Below are positions 37,744-47,195 of a stretch of DNA of 64,000 nucleotides, in pieces. The stretch covers positions 2,571 to 66,570 of the forward strand of contig DAOVET010000002.1 in assembly GCA_030668825.1 (NCBI GenBank), in the 5' to 3' direction. A program made the translations under genes and the position numbers. Each line of letters begins with the position of its first letter. Within the stretch, counting starts at the first letter, position 1. The notes under the pieces were generated by a model. The model was not told the DNA's origin. It did no database searches and saw only the letters and a program-made list of their open reading frames with translations. The DNA is from Candidatus Heimdallarchaeota archaeon. GTDB taxonomy: Archaea > Asgardarchaeota > Heimdallarchaeia > Heimdallarchaeales > Heimdallarchaeaceae.

Positions 37744-39909
37744 ATGGTAGAATTACGAGGTATTGTCTCAGGTTTAGATTGTGCTAATTGCGTTGCTAAA
37801 GTTACTAGGCATTTGCAAAACGCAGTTGGTGTAAATAATGTACAATTAAACCTCGTGTCTACTAAGCTTATCGTAGAATATGATAAGGAACAGATTAGTG
37901 AAAAAGAACTTATAAAGAATATCAAACAATCAGGATATAAGTTTGATAGCACTTACGAGCATAAATCATTCTTTAATATTAGACACAACAAAAACCTTCT
38001 TCTCGCTATTTTTGGACTAGTTTTCCTTATTATTGCTTTAAGCACAAGTCAATTTCTACCTCTTAATTATAACTTGTTTTTTTATGTTCCTACTATAGTA
38101 ATTGGTGGAATTCCTGTTTATCTGAAAGCTTTTGGCTCAATTAGAACCAAAACAATTGACATAGACATTCTGATGGTTCTTGCTATAATTGGGGCAATGA
38201 TAATAGGTGAGTGGGAAGAAGCAGCAGAAATTGTTGTTCTCTTTTCAATAGCGGAATTGTTAGAAGCATTTTCAATGGACAAAGCTAGACAATCAATAAG
38301 AGAGTTAATGGATTTAACACCACCAACAGCAACTAGATTAATTAAAGGAAAAAAACACGAAGAAGTTCCTCTAGGTGATTTAGTTGTTGGTGATAGAGTA
38401 AGTGTTAAACCAGGAGCAAGAATTCCAATAGATGGAAAAATAGACTGGGGAAGAACAAATGTTGACCAGAGTCCAATAACTGGAGAATCTATCCCAGTCA
38501 ATAAAGATGTTGGAGACAAAGTATTTTCAGGGTCTGTCAACATTGATGGTTATATTATTATTCGAGTAACACGGATGCCTGAAGAAAGTACAGTGGCTAG
38601 AATCAGGCAGCTGATAGAAGAAGCAGAGCAACAGAAATCAAAAAGAGAACAATTTATCCAAAGGTTTGCAAAATATTATACACCAATTATGGTGGGAATT
38701 GCATTATCAGTGTTTCTAATTTCTGGGATTTTTTTGAATATCCCAATTGATCCTTCAGTTCTTAAAGAAGGGCTCTATCAGAGTTTAGTAATTCTGGTAA
38801 TCTCATGTCCTTGTGCTTTAGTGCTATCGACACCAATAACTGTAGTGACCGCAATAACTAGAGCTTCAAAAAGAGGTGTTTTAATAAAGGGAGGTAAATA
38901 TCTTGAAGCTATATCTGACTTAGACACCCTAGCATTGGATAAAACTGGGACCTTATCAACTGGAAAACTAAAAGCTTACAAAGTTGAAGCTTTAGAAGGT
39001 TATTCTGAGAAGGAAATTATCGAAATAGCATATGGTTTAGAATATCATTCAGAACATAAAATTGCAGAAGCAATAATCAATCTGGGAAGAGAAAACAATT
39101 CAAGATTGTTTGGATACAAAGATGTTGAAATAATGCCTGGGATGGGAATCAAAGGAACAAGAAAGAAAGTAACTTACTATCTAGGAAATGAATCGCTTGT
39201 TGATAGAATCATAGGTTTAGAATCTTGTGATTTACACTGTGAAGAAACTGAGAGTATTGTTAGTTATGTTTTAGACGATAAAACAATCTTAGCTCATATT
39301 CACATGTCTGATGAGTTGCGAAGTGAAACCAAAGAAGCTGTCAATTCACTAAAGAAACTTGGAGTAAAAGATATTGTAATGCTCACTGGTGATAATGAAG
39401 AAGTAGCATCAAAAATTGCTGAAGAATTAGATATTAATTATGAAGCAGAACTGTTGCCAGAACATAAAATGCAGTTTATCAAAAATCTCAAAGAAAAAAA
39501 TCAAACAGTGGTTATGGTTGGTGATGGAATAAATGATTCACCCGCTTTAGCTCTTTCAGATGTTGGTATTGCAATGGGGGCAGCAGGAACAGCAATTGCC
39601 ATAGAAACAGCTGATGTTGTGCTTTCCTCAGATAATTTGTTCAGTCTACCTTATCTATTCAAACTAAGTAAAGAAACTAAAAGAACTATTCAAATTAATA
39701 TCTACTTATCCTTGTTTATCAAATTCTCATTTTTTGTACTTGTTTTAATTAATGCAACACCAATTGCCCTTGGGACATTTCTAGGAGCGAATTTACTTTG
39801 GCTAGCTGTGCTAATTGGAGATATGGGAGCTTCATTATTGGTTATATTAAATGCAATGAGAGTTGGTAGAAAGAAGTTTTATTCTGGAAAGATGTTGCCA
39901 AAGAAATAA
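37744..39909 (+). CDS. P1B-type heavy-metal-translocating ATPase (CPC type; TM8 Asp suggests the Zn/Cd/Pb subgroup)
   Basis: N-terminal HMA 'GLDCANCVAKV'. 'SCPCAL' in TM6. 'DKTGTLS' phosphorylation site. 'GDGINDSPAL'. 'GDMGASLLVILNAMRV' in TM8. Confidence 0.85.
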   Translation: MVELRGIVSGLDCANCVAKVTRHLQNAVGVNNVQLNLVSTKLIVEYDKEQISEKELIKNIKQSGYKFDSTYEHKSFFNIRHNKNLLLAIFGLVFLIIALSTSQFLPLNYNLFFYVPTIVIGGIPVYLKAFGSIRTKTIDIDILMVLAIIGAMIIGEWEEAAEIVVLFSIAELLEAFSMDKARQSIRELMDLTPPTATRLIKGKKHEEVPLGDLVVGDRVSVKPGARIPIDGKIDWGRTNVDQSPITGESIPVNKDVGDKVFSGSVNIDGYIIIRVTRMPEESTVARIRQLIEEAEQQKSKREQFIQRFAKYYTPIMVGIALSVFLISGIFLNIPIDPSVLKEGLYQSLVILVISCPCALVLSTPITVVTAITRASKRGVLIKGGKYLEAISDLDTLALDKTGTLSTGKLKAYKVEALEGYSEKEIIEIAYGLEYHSEHKIAEAIINLGRENNSRLFGYKDVEIMPGMGIKGTRKKVTYYLGNESLVDRIIGLESCDLHCEETESIVSYVLDDKTILAHIHMSDELRSETKEAVNSLKKLGVKDIVMLTGDNEEVASKIAEELDINYEAELLPEHKMQFIKNLKEKNQTVVMVGDGINDSPALALSDVGIAMGAAGTAIAIETADVVLSSDNLFSLPYLFKLSKETKRTIQINIYLSLFIKFSFFVLVLINATPIALGTFLGANLLWLAVLIGDMGASLLVILNAMRVGRKKFYSGKMLPKK

Positions 39910-39949
39910 TTTAATAAAGATTTTTACTAAAGAAATATTGGTAGAGTTA

Positions 39950-41803
39950 ATGAGTAAACCTGTGAAACCGTTCAACAAAGCTATTGTTTACATATTAATT
40001 GGTATTTTAGTCATTACTTCAATATTCGCTGTAATGATGTTTGGACCACGTCCTGGTCCACAAAGCAAGATGTTTAATTCTACACTTAGGTATTATACAA
40101 AAGGGACAGAAAAATTATTTTACACAGATTATGCTCAATCTATCGTTCAAGATATCAAAGAAGTAGGCATTTTTGTTACCGATTATCAGATGGAGTATTC
40201 AACATTTTTAGATCAGGTTATCGGAGCGAAAGAATATGAAATGGCAATAATTGAGATTGAGGGTCAAAATGCCCCTCATTTTGAATTTTTATTTAAGGAG
40301 GGTGCAAGTTTAAACGTTTTCAATTTTCAAAATGCAATGGATAATGGTACTACGCTTAATATAATCAACAATATAACTCAAGAAATGGATTTCTATGCAA
40401 GAAAAAATCTTTTCTTTACATTACAAGAACATCTGATGGATAATGTAGTTCCAATGGTACCCATTTTTACTCCAGCAAGAACATTTGCTTATTGGGATAA
40501 CTTAGAAGGGTTTACAAGTAAGTGGGGAATATCTGATAGCCTACCATACATGTCCTTTAATGGATTACATAGCAATCAAGAATCAGTTACTGAGCTAAAA
40601 ATAGGTATTGGAGGATGGTTTGATTTATGTCCTCTAACAATGAGGGAAGCTGGGGAGAAATTACTTATATCTCTTATCATGGATAAATTAGTTCATCTGG
40701 ATGAAAAAGGAGCTCCTACAAAATATGGGTTGATAGATAGTTGGGAATATCTTAATCAAACAACTTTATTGCTTCATGTAAGAGACAATGTTCAGTGGCA
40801 ACCTGATGTGGATGGGATTTTTACTAGTGAAGAGTTTTCAGTTTATGATGTTATTTTTACTTTAGATATAATTAGCAGTATACATGCAAACGTAAACTAT
40901 CAACTCTATAAGTGGATAGATTCTTATGAAGTATATAATGGTACAACAGTCGCAGTTCACATTGATTCAGTTCCAGAAACAGTAGAAAGGGAATCTTATG
41001 CTTTTGCCCTCGAAGATTTGTCAGTTTATAGTTACCCTGAATACTATTTGGATGTTGAGAGCACAATTGAAGAAATAGTTGAATCAGCGAGATGGATTAA
41101 GTATAGAGAAAATCCGTTTGGAACAGGAAAATACAAATTCAACGCAACGGAGAGTCATATAGATCTTACTGCTTTCTTAGAAAGATTTGACGGTTGGCAT
41201 GGAATAGGGGTAGATCCTGGTAAGACTACAAACCTAGTTTTTGAAACCATTGAAGCTCAAACTGTTCCTGATAGTTACTCAATGAACTTAGAATTACAAG
41301 AGGGGAGCAAGATAGACATAGCTGATTTTGGGAAGGATCCCGCAATGGAAATAGCAATACCTGATGATAACTTCAGGGTTGATTATAAAGTAGAAAACTC
41401 ATTAATTTTCATAGCATTCAATTTAGAGAATGATGTCTTTGGAGGAACTAATAACTATGTACCAACCAATGAGACAGGGGTGTCAAAAGCCTTAGCAATA
41501 CGTAAAGCTCTATCATCACTAGTCCATAAAACATTTCTGAATAATGCTTTTCATGAAGGAAAGTATAATATAACTGATTCACCAGTTTCTTGTTATTATA
41601 CAGATTATTATTATCAAAGTGTAACGAAGTATCCATACAGTATCTCTGAAGCCATTGAGTTCCTAAATTTGGCTGGATTCAACATATCAACAGAAACAAA
41701 TGGATCAGTAGAAGAATCAAGTTATGGAGTAATCAGTTCTGTTGTGGCTCTTGGAATCTTTACAGCAATTACGATTACATTAAGAAAAAGAAAACAAAGG
41801 TGA
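39950..41803 (+). CDS. secreted/anchored surface protein (618 aa) with N-terminal signal anchor and C-terminal TM plus RKRKQR tail
   Basis: 'MSKPVKPFNKAIVYILIGILVITSIFAVMMFG' and C-terminus 'VISSVVALGIFTAITITLRKRKQR'. Confidence 0.5.
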   Translation: MSKPVKPFNKAIVYILIGILVITSIFAVMMFGPRPGPQSKMFNSTLRYYTKGTEKLFYTDYAQSIVQDIKEVGIFVTDYQMEYSTFLDQVIGAKEYEMAIIEIEGQNAPHFEFLFKEGASLNVFNFQNAMDNGTTLNIINNITQEMDFYARKNLFFTLQEHLMDNVVPMVPIFTPARTFAYWDNLEGFTSKWGISDSLPYMSFNGLHSNQESVTELKIGIGGWFDLCPLTMREAGEKLLISLIMDKLVHLDEKGAPTKYGLIDSWEYLNQTTLLLHVRDNVQWQPDVDGIFTSEEFSVYDVIFTLDIISSIHANVNYQLYKWIDSYEVYNGTTVAVHIDSVPETVERESYAFALEDLSVYSYPEYYLDVESTIEEIVESARWIKYRENPFGTGKYKFNATESHIDLTAFLERFDGWHGIGVDPGKTTNLVFETIEAQTVPDSYSMNLELQEGSKIDIADFGKDPAMEIAIPDDNFRVDYKVENSLIFIAFNLENDVFGGTNNYVPTNETGVSKALAIRKALSSLVHKTFLNNAFHEGKYNITDSPVSCYYTDYYYQSVTKYPYSISEAIEFLNLAGFNISTETNGSVEESSYGVISSVVALGIFTAITITLRKRKQR

Positions 41804-41808
41804 AATAA

Positions 41809-42528
41809 GTGAATAGAATAAATGAAATAAAAAATCTGGATCTCGAAGGAAAACCTTTGATACAATCATTTAGTGGGAGTGGAGCAATAGGAACAATACT
41901 CTCTACATTTCTAGTGAAAGCATTGAAAATGGAACAAGTAGCAGTAATTCATGCAGATGAGCTACCACCAGTAGCAATAATCAAAGGGGGATTGATAGAA
42001 CAGCCGATAAGAATATTCCAAAATGACAAAATAGCTTTAATGTCTTGTGAAGTGAACATTCCTTACAATACTGTTTCAGATTTTATAGAAATGTTAATTG
42101 ATTTTTATATTAAAAGTGGAGTCTCGCACATCGTACCAGTGGGGGGATTACCTGTCTTACAAAACCAATTTGAAGAAATTGAATGTTATGGAATAGCAAA
42201 CAAACAAGAAACACTCACATTTCTAGAGGAAAAGGGAGTACAACTTCTAGAAGAAGGAATAGTATATGGAACAGTAGTTGAAACTTTAGAACTATGTACT
42301 ACAAAAGGGTTTGATTCGAGTTTTGCACTGTTGGTTGAATGTGACCCAAGTGTAGCTAGTTACGATTCAACAAAGAAACTAGTTCAAAATCTAGCTAAAA
42401 TATTTGATTTTAAATTTGATGAAGAAGAATTTGAAAGTGTTTCAAATATTATCAGAACAAGGATAGAAGAAAGCACAAGATTCTTAAGAGAAGAAGCAAT
42501 GGACAAAACAAGAGAAAGTCACCTCTAA
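41809..42528 (+). CDS. PAC2-family (proteasome assembly chaperone-like, COG1938) protein
   Basis: N-terminal 'LIQSFSGSGAIGTILSTFLVKAL' resembles the PAC2 GxPGxGxVG motif. Size is 239 aa. Confidence 0.4.
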   Translation: MNRINEIKNLDLEGKPLIQSFSGSGAIGTILSTFLVKALKMEQVAVIHADELPPVAIIKGGLIEQPIRIFQNDKIALMSCEVNIPYNTVSDFIEMLIDFYIKSGVSHIVPVGGLPVLQNQFEEIECYGIANKQETLTFLEEKGVQLLEEGIVYGTVVETLELCTTKGFDSSFALLVECDPSVASYDSTKKLVQNLAKIFDFKFDEEEFESVSNIIRTRIEESTRFLREEAMDKTRESHL

Positions 42529-42699
42529 GACAAAGACTTCCATTAGGTGAGTTAAGCTGTTTTTTCTCTAAAACCTTGAATCTGAAAAGAATGGGGTTTT
42601 TTGTCGCGTTTTAACCTCTCAACAAAGATTACAAAAAAGTTTAAATATGTTCAAGGACAATTTTACTTGGTTAATGGCAGGCTATTTAGGAGCCAAATG

Positions 42700-43020
42700 G
42701 TTAGGTCAAAAAGGGACTGCAAACTGAACAGGAAGAGATATCCGATGCTCAGGGACAAGGTTGAACCCCTTTTTAGATGGTTTGAACCCCCATTTGGGCT
42801 TAGTTAAGACCTCCTAAGCCTGAAATCCCCCAGAACCAGACTTCGGTCTGGAATCAGACACTTATTTTGTCTGAAAAAAAAGGACCAGACATCTTCTGTC
42901 TGCCAGAAAGGTATGGTCTTGCTTGACCAGATCCTGGAACCCCCCTCAACCAAAACCCCGAAGCATCGAGTTAGAATAGCCTTCCTGTTCAGGCAGAAAA
43001 CCCTTTAGGGTTTCTTAACC
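42700..43020. ncRNA. GC-rich (about 45% against a roughly 31% background) hairpin-dense noncoding island; candidate structured RNA of unknown class
   Basis: At least six hairpins: GGCTTAG/CTAAGCC (42797-42820); CCAGAC-UUCG-GTCTGG (42836-42851); CAGACA/TGTCTG (42855-42873 and 42886-42902); TGGTC/GACCA (42914-42929); AAACCC-TTTA-GGGTTT plus T-run (42998-43013). Repeated 'GAACCCC' and 'CCAGA' words. The strand is undetermined. Confidence 0.3.
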
Positions 43021-43100
43021 TCTTTTCCTTTTAATTTCTGTTCATTGATTTTTTGTGTTTTTTTTGTGTTTTTAAGCTATATTGCAATAATAATATCATT

Positions 43101-45278
43101 ATGAAAAATTCAGATGCAAATATAGACCTTAGTAAGCTTCTAAATGATTCATACATAAGTGATCAATTCAATAACCTAGCTAAAGAAAAGAAGAAATTTA
43201 TTGAAGAGTTGACAGATGAGGAAAAGAAGATTTATACTGAAACTATATCTTATATTTTCACAGAAGAAAAATCTGATGCTAAAGTGTCTCGTAGTTTTGC
43301 AGAACCCTTTCAGGTGACATGGAGAAAAATACACTGCCAAAAAGATTTCTTGCGCACTGCTATTTTACCCAAAATCACAAAAGATGTTCTTGTTAAGGGT
43401 TTTCCTACAAGAATAGGAAGCCACCCTGGGTTTGATGATGTCTTCTTAGGAGTTGATTCCAAAGGAAAATTTGTCTTTGGAGTATTTGAACTGAAAACAA
43501 ACAAGATTGGAAGTACTTCCCATAGACTCGATAAAGGAACCGAAGCAAGCAAATTGATAGCATTTAATTTGCGAAAAATGAGTACTAAATTTGTTGAAAA
43601 ACTAGTTCTTGATGGTGTGGATTTGAAAAAGGCTCAACGTATTGGAAACGCTCTATTTAATAGATTCAGAATGTCAGCAACTGCAATCGGTTTTGATTTT
43701 CAAAGAAAAGTATCAAGTATGGATATTGTTAAACTATTCCATAATTATTTTGATATACAGCTTATAAATAAAATTCTTGAAGCTGCAATTAAACAAAATC
43801 AGCTAATATCTTTAATAAAAACCTGCTATGCTTTCAAGAAGGAAATCAAAAACAAATATGTTACTGTTGTTAAAGATAAAACTACTGATGTCACAAATCT
43901 AATCAATCTAAATTACAAATACAAAAAAGGTAAAAAAATTGAAATTCCTATCAGTGGTGATTTCTTTAGGATTGATTATGATTTACATACCAAGGAGTTT
44001 AAATTTCCGCAGTTTTCTAGCTCTGCTTTAGGTGTTACTACTTTATCATTTGAGCAGAAAAGAGCTTATTTCAGTTTGAATAAACTAATTAGAAAAGCAC
44101 TGAAGAAAGTTGAGCTATCAATTGTGGATGAAAGTGGGGAATTATTGCAAACAAATGAAATAATTAAAAGATTAAATTCAATGCAATCATTTGTGTATAA
44201 AGCACTGATTAAATCAAGAGTTTTTGATGATTTTCAGGTTTTTCATAAAGGTACAATGTTTTTCTTTCTTGAAACTTTATCAAGTGAGAGTAATGAGAAG
44301 AAAATATCTAGATATTTGAAGAATTATTCAAGCTATAAAGGAATAGCTAATTATCATTATCATCAAAAATGGATAGTTCCTTCTATTTTAGACTTAGGTA
44401 TTTTTGTGGGAAATTTAAAAGAAGAAAATGAAAACTCGCGTAAATTCAGATTATTTCTGTATAAACATCTACTTGATGGAAGTTCTACTGATACAAAAGA
44501 TATGGATATTGAAGAGATTGAAGAGCTTATAACCTCAAATTCTGAATTAAGAGATTATCTTATTGGAAATTTCAGACGTGATATAAGATTACCTGATGGT
44601 TATTTCTGGACTCAAGCAATAAATTCCACACACTTGAAGAAAGCTTTGGTATTTTGTAATGTAAGAGATAGCAAACCCAAAAAGATGTATGGTTGTAATT
44701 TATATACAAGCTATGATTTTCAATACCTTCTAAAGGATTTGGAACTCGATTCCATACTCCTTCAAAATCCTATTACATTTGGAATTAATGAAGGTAGGTT
44801 AGTAGCAGATTTCAATACAGATAGGAATGTTAAGATTGCAAAAGTATGGATAGAATTTTTATCAGAAACCACAGATATTCCAAAGAATACACTACAAAGA
44901 CTCAATACTCATCTAGGACCTGGTGGTGGGATAGATCTATTATATCCACAAACTAACTGTGAATTACTCAGAATGTTGGTTGTAATTCTATTAAAATTCC
45001 AAGAAAATTGGGACAAATTAACATTATACATTATTCAAGAAATAAAAACAAAACAAGTACAATGGGAAATTGAAACTTTAAAAAAGAACAACCCTGTTAT
45101 ATTTGTTAACAAAAGGAATCAAATAACAATTAATGGTGAAGAAGCAATCATAAGATTAGGAACATTAGATGGAACTAATTGGAGAACAACAAGACCATTA
45201 TACTGTTTAGCAAACAGCTCTTGTTGGTTTAATAATATCATCTCTATCTTCAAGAGAGCATACCAAGAAATTATTTAA
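43101..45278 (+). CDS. large hypothetical protein (725 aa) with N-terminal Hjc-like PD-(D/E)xK nuclease core
   Basis: 'HPGFDDVFLGVDSKGKFVFGVFELKTNK' parallels the Hjc motif 'PDIIALKSG-VIILIEMKSRK'. The remaining roughly 570 aa are unrecognised. The track ORF starts at 43053. Confidence 0.5.
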   Translation: MKNSDANIDLSKLLNDSYISDQFNNLAKEKKKFIEELTDEEKKIYTETISYIFTEEKSDAKVSRSFAEPFQVTWRKIHCQKDFLRTAILPKITKDVLVKGFPTRIGSHPGFDDVFLGVDSKGKFVFGVFELKTNKIGSTSHRLDKGTEASKLIAFNLRKMSTKFVEKLVLDGVDLKKAQRIGNALFNRFRMSATAIGFDFQRKVSSMDIVKLFHNYFDIQLINKILEAAIKQNQLISLIKTCYAFKKEIKNKYVTVVKDKTTDVTNLINLNYKYKKGKKIEIPISGDFFRIDYDLHTKEFKFPQFSSSALGVTTLSFEQKRAYFSLNKLIRKALKKVELSIVDESGELLQTNEIIKRLNSMQSFVYKALIKSRVFDDFQVFHKGTMFFFLETLSSESNEKKISRYLKNYSSYKGIANYHYHQKWIVPSILDLGIFVGNLKEENENSRKFRLFLYKHLLDGSSTDTKDMDIEEIEELITSNSELRDYLIGNFRRDIRLPDGYFWTQAINSTHLKKALVFCNVRDSKPKKMYGCNLYTSYDFQYLLKDLELDSILLQNPITFGINEGRLVADFNTDRNVKIAKVWIEFLSETTDIPKNTLQRLNTHLGPGGGIDLLYPQTNCELLRMLVVILLKFQENWDKLTLYIIQEIKTKQVQWEIETLKKNNPVIFVNKRNQITINGEEAIIRLGTLDGTNWRTTRPLYCLANSSCWFNNIISIFKRAYQEII

Positions 45279-46431
45279 CATAATTTGGTTCTTCCCCCTT
45301 ATCTTCTAGATCTTGTTGTTCAGTTGGATATACTGTCTTTCTTGACGATTTCACTATTTTACTAAAAACTCTATAACTACCAATAGAAACCAAGATAATT
45401 GAGAGAATGATGAGAGCTTTCAGCATAATGTCAAGCCAGAGATTTAAGGAGTGTTTCTGAACATCTTCAGGATTTAACACCAACATGAAATTAGAAGGGT
45501 AAAACTCATAGAGAGTGCTTAAAACCAACAATAATACTATCCTTAGTGTAAAGAATATTGTTATTATCAAAGCTGTTCTTCCTACAACCCACAATGACGG
45601 ATACTTTTCTTTGTTTAAAACTCCCCTTATAGAATTGGATTTTCCTCTTATTTTCCTATAATGGTAATAGATTGAACTTGTATATTCTACATTAGGGTTT
45701 TTCGATAATTTTCTCTGCACTCCGAAAATAAATTGAATAACATGATAAGAAAACCCAGCAAGAGCTATATAAAAACAACCTATTGAAAAATAGTGGAAAA
45801 TGTCATAGAGTAAACACCAAGTGTAAGAAATTAACTGTGGAAAATAGAAGTAAGGATTAGTATATAAGAAACTAAACATAAAAACCGAAATGAGAAGAAA
45901 AATTATTTTCCTCACAAACATGTTATCGTCATTATAACTGTGAGCTAGTCTGTTTCCTACTCTATTCTCAATTTCTGTTACTTCACGTGACATCTTATTA
46001 TAACCAATAATATTAAACAGGGCTAAACCTACAAACACACCAATAGTTAATGCCCAATTAATCTCAAATGGATTGGAACGAGTAAAGTCGAAATATTCTG
46101 TAAAATTTATTGAAGTAGATTCATCATAGAACAGTAAAAACAACTTATTAGATGAGTTAATGTATTGATTTAGGAGTTTAATCACCAAAAGAGTATCAAC
46201 TAATACACTAAGACCCCTACGAATTCGACAATTTTCAGTTATCTCAAAATCATTAATCGTCACTTCAAAACCAATGATTTTTGGTAATTTCTTTAGTTCT
46301 ACGTGAACTTCTTTGTAATCTTCTAGAACTTCTATATTTTCAATAATTATGTCCTCTACAGATCCTTGAGCTGTTTTAGTATTTAGGAATATAATAACGA
46401 ATAAGAGAGTAATCAACAAGCATCTTTTCAT
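45271..46431 (-). CDS. polytopic membrane protein (signal peptide plus about 6 TM helices)
   Basis: 'MKRCLLITLLFVIIFLNTKTAQG' and multiple hydrophobic helices. Its 3' end overlaps the 43101-45278 gene by 8 nt (convergent). Confidence 0.45.
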   Translation of the reverse strand: MKRCLLITLLFVIIFLNTKTAQGSVEDIIIENIEVLEDYKEVHVELKKLPKIIGFEVTINDFEITENCRIRRGLSVLVDTLLVIKLLNQYINSSNKLFLLFYDESTSINFTEYFDFTRSNPFEINWALTIGVFVGLALFNIIGYNKMSREVTEIENRVGNRLAHSYNDDNMFVRKIIFLLISVFMFSFLYTNPYFYFPQLISYTWCLLYDIFHYFSIGCFYIALAGFSYHVIQFIFGVQRKLSKNPNVEYTSSIYYHYRKIRGKSNSIRGVLNKEKYPSLWVVGRTALIITIFFTLRIVLLLVLSTLYEFYPSNFMLVLNPEDVQKHSLNLWLDIMLKALIILSIILVSIGSYRVFSKIVKSSRKTVYPTEQQDLEDKGEEPNYVK

Positions 46432-46546
46432 TATATATTTATAGAAAAAAGTGCATATATACACCACAAAAATATCTTACAAAAATATTCGATATGGAGG
46501 GAAACTTTAAAGTATTAACTTGAGAATTAGAGGGTTAAGATGATGA

Positions 46547-47041
46547 AGAATTCTTGTAGACAATCAAGAAATTCTTCATTATACTGAAAATCAACTGGCT
46601 GATTACAGATGTAAAACTGTAGGTTTAATCTATCAGTCTTACAATTTAGCGCAGTTCTTGACTGTCAAAGAAAATATAGAGTTTCCAATGTTATTGGCAA
46701 AAACACCACTAGAAAAAAGAGAAAAACGTATTGAAGAGCTAACAGAATTTCTAGAAATTAGTAGATACATTGAGCAAAAACCTGAATTCTTGAGTGGAGG
46801 GGAACAACAACGAGTTGCGATTGCTATTGCCTTAGCAAATAATCCTCCAATAATATTAGCTGATGAGCCTACAGGTAATATTGATGTAGAAACAGCAGAA
46901 ACAGTTTACACCAATTTATCTCATATGTGCCAAATCTATAACACAACTCTTGTGATAGCCTCACATGATCCAAAAGCCTCAGAATATACAGAAAGAGAGG
47001 TAATTCTAACAGAATTAGAATCCAATAAGATAAGAAGGTGA
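46547..47041 (+). pseudogene. 5'-truncated ABC transporter ATP-binding protein (MacB/LolD-like), lacking Walker A
   Basis: The frame opens after a TGA at 46544-46546 and reads '[47 protein letters not shown]...[32 protein letters not shown]...SHD'. Q-loop, signature, Walker B and H-loop are present. There is no P-loop and no ATG. Confidence 0.55.
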
Positions 47042-47195
47042 AAATTAGTAGAAGAAAGAAACTTATCGAATATAGAAAAGCCTGTGATGATTTATGTAAA
47101 TTTAATGGAGCTAGCTATGTTCCTTTAAATTGAAGGTGAGTTATAATGATATGTAAATACGAATTATTCACTTTTTTGTTTTTGAATTATGGAAC

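Noticed and set aside
42601-42807. 68-aa ORF (Arg/Lys-rich) inside the hairpin island
   Set aside because: It lies within the GC-rich structured region. Its composition reflects the nucleotide bias and it has no RBS, so it is likely non-coding.
42700-43020. tRNA or RNase P RNA in the GC-rich island
   Set aside because: No cloverleaf-compatible arrangement and no T-loop GTTCGAATC-like box. The universally conserved RNase P motifs (AGGAAAGTCCGGGC, GTAAGAGCGCACC-like) are absent. The region is therefore left as unclassified structured RNA.
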